Shown here in pieces: positions 41,743-49,937 of a DNA stretch of 55,505 nucleotides. The position numbers and the translations under genes are program-made. Source of the stretch: Candidatus Enterousia sp. GTDB lineage: Bacteria; Pseudomonadota; Alphaproteobacteria; Rs-D84. The stretch's first letter is position 1. Every line of letters begins with the position of its first letter. Where the stretch lies: assembly GCA_045613315.1 (NCBI GenBank), contig JAZLAV010000019.1:1-55505 (forward strand). The letters run 5' to 3'. The notes under the pieces are model-generated. The model was not told the origin of the DNA. It did not search any database and saw only the letters and a list, made by a program, of their open reading frames with translations.

Positions 41743-44109
41743 ATGAAACAAACAAATAAATCAACATTGGGAACTTTTTCCCCAAATAAGATAGAACCAA
41801 TTCATCGTTGGTACAGTTACTTAGAAGGGTATTCTTCTATTTTAGTTGATTCTATTATACAAGAAATAGGTCCAGATAAACTCTCATCAGTATATGATCC
41901 TTTTTGTGGAACTGGAACAACTTCTCTAGTTGCCGCTAAGTACGGTGTAGATTCTTATTATAGCGAAACAAACCCTTTCATGAGACTTGTTATTGATTCG
42001 AAAATTAACAATGTCAAGAAATTAAGGGAAAATGGAATTGGCAGTGTAAATCTAAAAAAATTATTAAATAGTATAAGAAATTATAATTATTCAATGAGTT
42101 TTCAAAAGATCAATTATAATGGTTTTGAAAAGTTTTTTGATGAAGATGTATTAGAAAAACTGTTAAATATAAAAACTATAATATCAAATATTCCAGATAT
42201 TGAAACAAGACAAATTGCTTTAATTCTACTATGTTCAATCGTAGTACAATCTTCCAAAATGATACGTCAGGGAGATTTGAGGGTCGCTAAAAAGGATGAA
42301 AAAGCGGTTCATGATAAAGATGTATTTTCAAATTATATCACTAAGTTGCAACAAGCAATAGCTGATATAGATGATATAAAGACAGCACCCATTTACAATG
42401 AGACCCATTGTCTATCTGATGATGCAAAAGACAATCCCGCTAATAATCTGTTTGATTGTGTAATTACTTCACCGCCATATTTAAACGGAACTAATTACAT
42501 TAGAAACACAAAACTTGAACTCAAATTAGCAGATTTCATCATGAGTGAAACAGATCTTCCTCAATTTCATTCAAAAGGTATTATTGCAGGCATTAATAAT
42601 GTATCTAAGAGGAGAAGTTGCAGTACATCTAATCCATATGCGCAAGATATCATTAATAAGCTCGAAAAAGTAGCGTATGATAAAAGGATTCCGATTATGA
42701 TAGCCGGTTATTTTAATGATATGGAAAAAGTCATTGAACGTTTATCATATTCAATTAAAAATAACGGCTATTTTATAATGGATATAGGTGATTCACAATT
42801 TGCAGGTATACACGTTCCGACTCACGAAATTCTATCCCAAATATGTAAAAACTATGGATTTGAACTTTATGAGGAACAGGTCTTAAGAAACAGAAGATCC
42901 AAAAATAATATGGTTTTGTCTCAAAGATTGTTGAAATTTAAATTACATAAAGATGTTGATCATAGAAGCTTGTTTTATAATCAGGCTGTTAACTTTATTG
43001 AAAACATGCCATATCATAACGAGCCGTACAATAGTAGAAATTGGGGAGATTCACTGCACTCATTGTGTTCATATCATGGGAAATTAAAACCATCTATTGC
43101 TCACTTTTTAGTAAAAGAATTCACACAAAAAGGGGATTTAATTGTTGATCCATTATGTGGAGTTGGCACCATTCCTCTTGAAGCATGTTTATTGGGAAGA
43201 ATTGGAGTTGGAAACGACTTAAGTAAATTAGCCTATGTAGTAACCAAGGCCAAAATAGAAAAACCCTCATATGATGGGGCTATGACCGAATTATATAATC
43301 TTCAGCAATATATAGAGACAAATATCCATGTAAATAACGCTATTATTAAAGATGATATAAAAAAATGCGAAACCTTTGGATTTAATGGAAGTATTTCTTC
43401 ATATTATCATCCTGATACACTCAAAGAAATATTGTGGGCACGAAAATACTTTTTAGAAAAAAAAGAGCTTTCTGCTGCTGATTGCATGGTGTTTTCTTGT
43501 CTATTACATATTTTGCATGGAAATAGACCTTACGCATTATCAAGAATTTCTCATCCATTAACTCCATACAGACCAAAAGGAGATTTCTTATATAAGAATG
43601 TAATCGAGCATATTAAAGCAAAGATAGATATTTCTTATAAAAATACACAGAACGATAAGTTTACAAAAGGCTTCGCAATTCTTGGTGATTATAAGGATCT
43701 CACACATAGTAAAATACATGCAGATGCAATTATAACATCACCTCCTTTTGCCGGTTCAATAAGATTTTATATGCAAAATTGGCTAAGATTGTGGCTGTGT
43801 GGCTGGGATGAAGAAAATTATAAAGAAGCCGACACCTTATTTCTAGATCAAAAACAGAACCGTAACTTTGATGTATATTTAGATTTCTTTGAAACATGTG
43901 CAAAGTTATTAAAACCCAAAGGAAAAATGATTTTGCACTTAGGAAAAACTGCAAAAATTGATATGGCAACCGAATTAGCCCAAAGGGCACAAAAGTGGTT
44001 CGAAGAAGTGTATAGAGGTACCGAAAACGTAACTCAATTAGAAAAACATGGAGTTAAAGATAAAGGTGGAACTATAGAGCACCAATACTTATTTTTAATG
44101 AAAAAATAA
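41743..44109 (+). CDS. Two-module DNA methyltransferase (SPPY and SPPF catalytic motifs), 788 aa
   Basis: The AdoMet motif I DPFCGTGTT is at aa 52-60 and DPLCGVGT at aa 469-476. Motif IV SPPY is at aa 243-246 (nt 42469-42480) and SPPF at aa 666-669. The RBS gagagg is present. Confidence 0.85.
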   Translation: MKQTNKSTLGTFSPNKIEPIHRWYSYLEGYSSILVDSIIQEIGPDKLSSVYDPFCGTGTTSLVAAKYGVDSYYSETNPFMRLVIDSKINNVKKLRENGIGSVNLKKLLNSIRNYNYSMSFQKINYNGFEKFFDEDVLEKLLNIKTIISNIPDIETRQIALILLCSIVVQSSKMIRQGDLRVAKKDEKAVHDKDVFSNYITKLQQAIADIDDIKTAPIYNETHCLSDDAKDNPANNLFDCVITSPPYLNGTNYIRNTKLELKLADFIMSETDLPQFHSKGIIAGINNVSKRRSCSTSNPYAQDIINKLEKVAYDKRIPIMIAGYFNDMEKVIERLSYSIKNNGYFIMDIGDSQFAGIHVPTHEILSQICKNYGFELYEEQVLRNRRSKNNMVLSQRLLKFKLHKDVDHRSLFYNQAVNFIENMPYHNEPYNSRNWGDSLHSLCSYHGKLKPSIAHFLVKEFTQKGDLIVDPLCGVGTIPLEACLLGRIGVGNDLSKLAYVVTKAKIEKPSYDGAMTELYNLQQYIETNIHVNNAIIKDDIKKCETFGFNGSISSYYHPDTLKEILWARKYFLEKKELSAADCMVFSCLLHILHGNRPYALSRISHPLTPYRPKGDFLYKNVIEHIKAKIDISYKNTQNDKFTKGFAILGDYKDLTHSKIHADAIITSPPFAGSIRFYMQNWLRLWLCGWDEENYKEADTLFLDQKQNRNFDVYLDFFETCAKLLKPKGKMILHLGKTAKIDMATELAQRAQKWFEEVYRGTENVTQLEKHGVKDKGGTIEHQYLFLMKK

Positions 44110-44111
44110 TT

Positions 44112-45593
44112 TTATTTTATGGTGACAGATCTTGGATAATGGCCAGTTATAGATTTGTATCTTTCTACTAAATCAAATTCAGAACCAATAACCCGCTTCA
44201 ATGAATCGTTTATTTTATCTGCAGTCTTGATCCCATCTCTTTCTTTTTGATATTCCGGATCCATTAAAAATTCATCATAAAACCAGACAACATTTTCAAT
44301 CAACAATTTTAAAACATCCTTATTCACTGTTTTAGAATGTAGAGTTTTGTAATCTAATCCCGTAATCTCACTCAGCTTGAGTAATTCATTCTCGCTATAA
44401 AAATCTACAGGGAAATGGTCACTTTTTTGAGAATTATGACTACTACACAAACATGTAGCGGTTTCATCTAACCTATACAAATAAGCAAGAGGCATTGTAT
44501 GATCAAGTGCCATATCATCTAGAGAAATCTCTTTAGATGATGGCCCACATTTAAAACATTTTTTTCCAAATTTTTTCCAAATATATTCTGAGAATTCTTT
44601 TTTCGTTTTGCGTTCAAATTCAAAATGAACCAGATTCCTATCTAACAATTTGTTCACTAAAATCTCAAGAGCACGTCTCCTTAATCCATCTTCCTTAAAT
44701 TGTTGAGCATTGCGTTGAGGATTTAAAGGAGCGTTTACAAAAAATTTTTTACACGCTTTACATTCTAGTTGATGCCCGTAATAGGAAATTAATTTGTCTC
44801 CTTTTATAGGCAATCCAGCCAACTCCTTTTTTGTAAAATCTTTTAAGTTCTGGATAACATAAGAACAAAAAGTTGAATGTTTACATGGGGCTCTTTTTTT
44901 ACAATGTAAGGAGAAACTTAATGTTTTCATCTCATTTTCAACATTAATAGGTAAAAATCGCCCACAACGATTACAACTTTTACAAACAACTATGCTTCCT
45001 TTTTGGAATGTATGAGCTTTAACCAAATACTTTTCAAATGGTAGTGAGGGATCTAGGTAATACAAATATGGAACATGCATTTCTGTTTTTTGATAAAAAG
45101 TTTTTTCAAAATCTGAATTTTGAAATTCTTTTTTGGTTACAGCGTCCAAATCAAAACATGCAAATTCAATATCTGTGTTCGTTTCTCCATTAATTTCTAG
45201 CGTTACCTGAATATTCTGGGCCTGTTTATTTGTTTGTAGCAATATTTCATCGTGAATTCCAACATTTTTCCAAACATCGCACTCCAAAATACTTTCCTTA
45301 TTTTTTGAGTATTTTTTACCTGAATATTCATAAGATATTTGACTTTTTAGTGTTACTTTTTTTGAAGGACGAATATATCCCCCAAAAGCTATAATAGCTT
45401 TTTTAGATGAAAAAAGTTCTACAAGACCAATTTTATCCCTTTTAAAAGTAAACTTCTCAACTTTTTGCTTAGTAATGCATTTTATTGACTTTATCAAATA
45501 GCATTCTCCACCTGTGGTCTCATCACATGTATGGAATCCACTTTCTCGTGTTACGTTTCTTCTTCTGTATGTTCTAAAATTTTGTTCCGCCAT
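44112..45593 (-). CDS. Putative restriction endonuclease with Cys-cluster (Zn-ribbon-like) region and C-terminal HNH nuclease motif, about 493 aa
   Basis: The HNH/beta-beta-alpha-Me region reads CFKCGPSSKEISLDDMALDHTMPLAYLYRLDETATCLCSSHNSQKSDH (about nt 44415-44558). Upstream Cys clusters are CKSCNRC...C...C...C...CKAC. The first ATG is at 45593 (the ORF-track start at 45605 is TTG). The gene converges on the MTase with a 2-nt gap. Confidence 0.7.
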   Translation of the reverse strand: MAEQNFRTYRRRNVTRESGFHTCDETTGGECYLIKSIKCITKQKVEKFTFKRDKIGLVELFSSKKAIIAFGGYIRPSKKVTLKSQISYEYSGKKYSKNKESILECDVWKNVGIHDEILLQTNKQAQNIQVTLEINGETNTDIEFACFDLDAVTKKEFQNSDFEKTFYQKTEMHVPYLYYLDPSLPFEKYLVKAHTFQKGSIVVCKSCNRCGRFLPINVENEMKTLSFSLHCKKRAPCKHSTFCSYVIQNLKDFTKKELAGLPIKGDKLISYYGHQLECKACKKFFVNAPLNPQRNAQQFKEDGLRRRALEILVNKLLDRNLVHFEFERKTKKEFSEYIWKKFGKKCFKCGPSSKEISLDDMALDHTMPLAYLYRLDETATCLCSSHNSQKSDHFPVDFYSENELLKLSEITGLDYKTLHSKTVNKDVLKLLIENVVWFYDEFLMDPEYQKERDGIKTADKINDSLKRVIGSEFDLVERYKSITGHYPRSVTIK

Positions 45594-45968
45594 TTGATAA
45601 TCCAATTCTAAAATTCAAGAATATTTTGCCTCTATGCATCTTTGGATATTCTATCAAAAAAAATTTCAAAACACAAGACCTCAACCATATATTATTTTAT
45701 GATGAGCTAGCGACCGGTAAACAAATTTTGACCTACCAAAACAAACTCGAGCATGTTGACAACACAATTTGGCAGCATGGTCGATAAATCATTGTAATTC
45801 AATGTCTTACATGCATTATTATTCTTCTGAAGTTCAAATCCACTCTGGTGACCTTGAGCAGATTAGAAATGCTGGCAGCAAGGTAAAAAATGTAGCTATT
45901 TCAATATGCTATACAAAAATGATGCAGATTGTAATAACGCTTAGATATATCCAAAAGTCAAATAAATA

Positions 45969-46040
45969 TTTTATTCAGAATCAATATGTTACGCTTGAAG
46001 TTCGCAACCAATCTCAACCCCTCTTGAGTGGATTTGAACT
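45969..46040. repeat. Right arm of the inverted repeat bracketing the R-M cassette
   Basis: It is the reverse complement of 41329-41401. It also contains gagtggatttgaact (46026-46040), a perfect inverted copy of agttcaaatccactc at 45831-45845. Confidence 0.7.
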
Positions 46041-46245
46041 GGCGACATCAAGATAAAAAATATATCTATTTCAATGTGTTATACCAAGCTGTCACTCTTT
46101 CTTATTTTTTTAGGCATGGTATACTTTTGGGCCTAAGGTATACTTTTTTATGTGTAAAAATTGTCATACAATCGAATGTCGCCCTCTTGCTATCCAAAGA
46201 AAAATAATCATTAACTCATTGAAAAACATAATTAAATTATTTTAG

Positions 46246-46282
46246 ATAAAAAAATAACATAGAAGGTATACACTTTCTATGT
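46246..46282 (-). terminator. AT-rich hairpin terminator immediately 3' of tRNA-Pro (island-borne)
   Basis: On the minus strand it reads aacatagaa agtgtatacc ttctatgtt attttttt. Confidence 0.55.
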
Positions 46283-46290
46283 TACGTTTT

Positions 46291-46367
<77 letters not shown>

Positions 46368-46385
46368 CGAACTGAAACCACGCCG

Positions 46386-46414
46386 ATTATGAACCCTTTT
46401 CGGAAAAAATGCAA
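46386..46414 (-). promoter_or_regulatory. Candidate tRNA-Pro promoter (TTGCAT-17-CATAAT)
   Basis: The reverse complement reads TTGCATtttttccgaaaagggttCATAAT. It ends about 18 nt upstream of the tRNA 5' end. Confidence 0.45.
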
Positions 46415-46492
46415 CTTTTTTATTCAATCTTTATACTTGTAAATCGTCAATTATGTGCCATATTTATATGGTAACACCAAAAAGGGCTTAAT

Positions 46493-48160
46493 ATGTTCGC
46501 ATTGCAATTTTTGAAAAAACAAAAATTCGACAGTTATGATGATTATTTGGAAAATGCGATTCCTGATGTTCCCGAACACTTTAATTTCGCATATGATGTC
46601 ATTGATGTGTTGGCAACGCAAACACCCGATGTCGTCGCCGTGTTATGGGTAAATGACGCGGGCGAAAAAAAGAAAATTACTTTCCGTGATTTGTCGCAAA
46701 TGTCGGGGGCAACCGCAAATTTTCTGCGAACACGTGGCATAAATCGTGGTGATACGGTGTTGCTATTTATGCGTCGCCGTTGGGAATATTGGGTGCTTAT
46801 GATGGCGTTACATAAACTGGGGGCAATTCCAATTCCATCAACGAATCAGTTAAAGGCCGAAGATATTCGTTTCCGTATTGATGCCGCCGCGTGTAAAAAC
46901 ATTATATCATTTGACGACGGGCATATTGTTAACGAAATAAAATTGGCTGTTGGGGAACGCGACGATATCCAGACGATTGATTGTATGGAAATCGACGACG
47001 CAATCGAACAATACCCATCAACGATTGAACGCGTTCCAAACGAAAACACCGACACTATGGTTGTCTATTTTACATCGGGCACGACCGACATGCCGAAAAT
47101 GGTTGCACACGATTATGCATACCCATTGGGGCATATAAACACGGCAATATTTTGGCAACGCCTGCACGATGGCGACATCCACTTTACAATATCGGAATCG
47201 GGTTGGGCAAAATGTTCATGGGGAAAAATGTATGGTCAATGGTTGGCCGGCGCAACGGTGTTTGTTTATGATGTATCCGGTGTTATGACCGCACACGATT
47301 TATTAACCGTTATTTCGGAAAACCACGTCACATCGTTCTGTGCACCACCGACGGCATATAAAATGTTGCTGCACGCAGATTTTTCCAAATATGATTTATC
47401 ATCTTTGGTCAAGGCCGATGTTGCCGGCGAAGCATTGAATCCCGAGGTCTACGAACGTTTTATGGAATCGACCGGCATCAAAATGCGCGAAGGATTTGGT
47501 CAAACAGAAACATGTATTATGTTGTTTAACAACCCATGGATTGAACCCAAACCGGGTTCCATGGGAATGCCTGCGGCGGGATGGGATGTTGTATTGTTGG
47601 ACGAACGTGGTCGCCCCGTGCCGGATGGTACCGTTGGCGAAATATGTTTAAACCTTAAAAACGGAAAGCCCGTTGGGTTGTTTGGCGGATATTACAAAAA
47701 TGAAAAATTAACCAATGTTGTTTATCGCGATGGATACTATCACACAGGCGATGTTGCATACCGCGATTCGGACGGATATTTCTGGTTTGTTGGTCGCAAC
47801 GACGATTTAATAAAAACAACCGGATACCGCGTCAGCCCATTCGAAGTGGAAAGCGTTTTATTGGAACACCCGGCCGTTGCCGAAGTGGCGGTCACTGGGA
47901 TTCCCGATCCCGTTCGTGGTATGGCGATTAAGGCAACCATTGTTTTGAACAAATACTTTGTTGGTTCGGACGTCCTGATTCGACAATTACAGGATCATGT
48001 AAAATCACGCACTGCAATTTATAAATGCCCGCGTGTGATTGAATTTGTGGACAGTTTGCCAATGACAATATCCGGGAAAATCCGCCGCGCACTTATTCGC
48101 ACGATCGACAGTGCAAAAAGTGTTATCGGTCTGGACGACAAAGAAAATAAAAAGGTATAA
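46493..48160 (+). CDS. AMP-forming acyl-CoA synthetase (medium-chain/ACSM-like)
   Basis: AMP-binding signature VYFTSGTTDMPKMV. Also ...GYYHTGDVAYRDSDGYFWFVGRNDDLIKTTGYRVSPFEVE... and ...SGKIRR. Confidence 0.88.
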   Translation: MFALQFLKKQKFDSYDDYLENAIPDVPEHFNFAYDVIDVLATQTPDVVAVLWVNDAGEKKKITFRDLSQMSGATANFLRTRGINRGDTVLLFMRRRWEYWVLMMALHKLGAIPIPSTNQLKAEDIRFRIDAAACKNIISFDDGHIVNEIKLAVGERDDIQTIDCMEIDDAIEQYPSTIERVPNENTDTMVVYFTSGTTDMPKMVAHDYAYPLGHINTAIFWQRLHDGDIHFTISESGWAKCSWGKMYGQWLAGATVFVYDVSGVMTAHDLLTVISENHVTSFCAPPTAYKMLLHADFSKYDLSSLVKADVAGEALNPEVYERFMESTGIKMREGFGQTETCIMLFNNPWIEPKPGSMGMPAAGWDVVLLDERGRPVPDGTVGEICLNLKNGKPVGLFGGYYKNEKLTNVVYRDGYYHTGDVAYRDSDGYFWFVGRNDDLIKTTGYRVSPFEVESVLLEHPAVAEVAVTGIPDPVRGMAIKATIVLNKYFVGSDVLIRQLQDHVKSRTAIYKCPRVIEFVDSLPMTISGKIRRALIRTIDSAKSVIGLDDKENKKV

Positions 48161-48186
48161 AAAACGCGGGTTGAACCCGCGTTTCT
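48159..48186. terminator. Bidirectional terminator between convergent genes
   Basis: aaacgcggg ttgaa cccgcgttt. Confidence 0.65.
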
Positions 48187-48203
48187 ATTTGGACTTTACA
48201 TTT

Positions 48204-49454
48204 TTACTTTACACGTTTAATAACCAACGACGCGTTTGTCCCGCCAAATCCAAACGAATTACTTATGGCGACATTGACATTGCGTTTTTGCGCGACATTT
48301 GGCACCAGATTGAAATCCCCAACTTCTTCAATAGGGTCGTTAAGGTTTATTGTTGGTGGTACAACACCATCACGGATGGCCAATGTACAGAATATCGCCT
48401 CTACCGCCCCCGCGGCCCCCAACAGATGCCCCGTTGTTGATTTGGTTGATGACATACATGCATTTGTTCCATCGAACAATTCACGCACGGCTGTCAATTC
48501 ACCGACATCGCCTAAACCGGTTGATGTTCCGTGTGCGTTAATATAATCTACATCAGACGGATTTAATCCCGCATCGTTCAACGCAGCAATCATTGCGCGT
48601 TTGCCTCCCTCGCCCCCCGGGGCCGGCGCGGTAATATGGTGCGCATCACCCGACAAACCGTATCCAGCAATCTCGGCATAAATCTTGGCGCCACGCGCAA
48701 CGGCATGTTCGTATTCTTCTAAAACCAAAATGCCAGCACCTTCGGACATAACGAACCCATCGCGTCCCTGGTCCCATGGACGTGATGCTGCGGTTGGGTT
48801 ATCATTACGCGTTGACAATGCACGCATTGCACAAAATCCAGCAACACCTATTTTACAGACCGCGCCTTCGGCGCCGCCGGCAATCATAATATCGGCATCA
48901 CCGTGCTGAATTAAACGTGCCGCTTCGCCAATCGAATGCGCCGATGTCGCGCACGCGGTCACCACCGCCAGGTTCGGTCCCTGGTACCCATATTTAATCG
49001 AAACCAATCCCGCCGTCATATTGATAATAGATTTCGGAATAAAGAACGGGCTGACATAACGCGGACCGTGTTCATGCAAATCAACACAGGTATCATAAAT
49101 GGTCTGCATACCGCCAATACCGCTGCCGATTGAAACACCGATTCTTGTTTTATCTCCATCGTATTCAATTAACCCCGCGTCGCGCACCGCTTCGTCTGCG
49201 GCAACCATCCCATAAATCATCGATTTATCCATTTTGCGTTGTTCGCGCACATCCACAATGGCATCTGGATTATATTGACCTGGTTCCGTTCCATGAACCG
49301 GCAATCCAGCAATTTGGCATGTTAAATCAGACGCATCAAAATTATCAATTGGGCGAATTCCAGATACGCCCGCCACGACATTTTTCCATGCATATTCCAC
49401 ACCGGTTCCATTTGGTGCGACAATACCCATACCCGTTATAACGACTCTTTTCAT
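48204..49454 (-). CDS. fabF: 3-oxoacyl-ACP synthase II
   Basis: The sequence starts MKRVVITGMGIVAPNG (ATG 49454). It has the active-site region ...VVTACATSAHSIG... and ...INAHGTSTGLGD...SNSFGFGGTNASLV. Confidence 0.95.
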   Translation of the reverse strand: MKRVVITGMGIVAPNGTGVEYAWKNVVAGVSGIRPIDNFDASDLTCQIAGLPVHGTEPGQYNPDAIVDVREQRKMDKSMIYGMVAADEAVRDAGLIEYDGDKTRIGVSIGSGIGGMQTIYDTCVDLHEHGPRYVSPFFIPKSIINMTAGLVSIKYGYQGPNLAVVTACATSAHSIGEAARLIQHGDADIMIAGGAEGAVCKIGVAGFCAMRALSTRNDNPTAASRPWDQGRDGFVMSEGAGILVLEEYEHAVARGAKIYAEIAGYGLSGDAHHITAPAPGGEGGKRAMIAALNDAGLNPSDVDYINAHGTSTGLGDVGELTAVRELFDGTNACMSSTKSTTGHLLGAAGAVEAIFCTLAIRDGVVPPTINLNDPIEEVGDFNLVPNVAQKRNVNVAISNSFGFGGTNASLVIKRVK

Positions 49455-49517
49455 ATTACAATTCCTTTGTTCCATTTACGCCGTAATCATACCCTGTTTA
49501 TAGTCAAAATGCCAATA

Positions 49518-49551
49518 AAAAAATCCGCCGACAAAAAACGACACCGGCGGA
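49518..49551 (-). terminator. Hairpin between acpP and fabF (terminator/attenuator)
   Basis: On the minus strand it reads tccgccg gtgtcgttttttgt cggcgga ttttttt. Confidence 0.5.
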
Positions 49552-49576
49552 CAATTTACATTATCAAAATGAAATC

Positions 49577-49813
49577 TTATGCTTTCTTGTGTGCATCAAT
49601 ATATTTAACAGCATCACCAACTTTTTCCAATTTTGCGGCTTCTTCATCTGGAATTGTGATATCAAATTCCTTTTCAACTTCCATAACGAATTCAACAACA
49701 TCCAGCGAATCTGCGCCCAAATCATTAACAAAAGCCGCTTCTTCTGTGACCTTGGCTTCTGGAACGCCCAATTTTTCCGCTACGATTTTCTTTACTTTTT
49801 CAAAAGTTGTCAT
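49577..49813 (-). CDS. acpP: Acyl carrier protein
   Basis: 78 aa, with the phosphopantetheine site [17 protein letters not shown]. Confidence 0.96.
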   Translation of the reverse strand: MTTFEKVKKIVAEKLGVPEAKVTEEAAFVNDLGADSLDVVEFVMEVEKEFDITIPDEEAAKLEKVGDAVKYIDAHKKA

Positions 49814-49937
49814 TTCATATCCTTTGTTTAGGTTATTTTTTGGTTCTTTTACGAACGTCTTGTACTAAAACTATCATTTTATCGCCATAGTGTCAAGAAT
49901 TTATAACAAACAATAACGAACTTGACAAAAAACGGTT

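Larger units (their letters stand above)
41226..46290. mobile_element. AT-rich genomic island at the 3' end of tRNA-Pro carrying a methyltransferase/HNH-nuclease cassette
   Basis: There is an abrupt shift to A/T-rich sequence and AGA/AAA/AAT/TTT-rich codons. The tRNA 3'-end 13-mer recurs at 41233-41245 and 41344-41356. Inverted repeats bracket the cargo. No integrase or transposase ORF lies inside. Confidence 0.6.

Noticed and set aside
45769-46056. 95-aa ORF in the right arm of the island
   Set aside because: There is no Shine-Dalgarno sequence. It crosses the inverted-repeat arm and the tRNA-like fragments. The translation lacks any pattern. It is most likely a chance ORF in AT-rich DNA, although a small island gene cannot be fully excluded.
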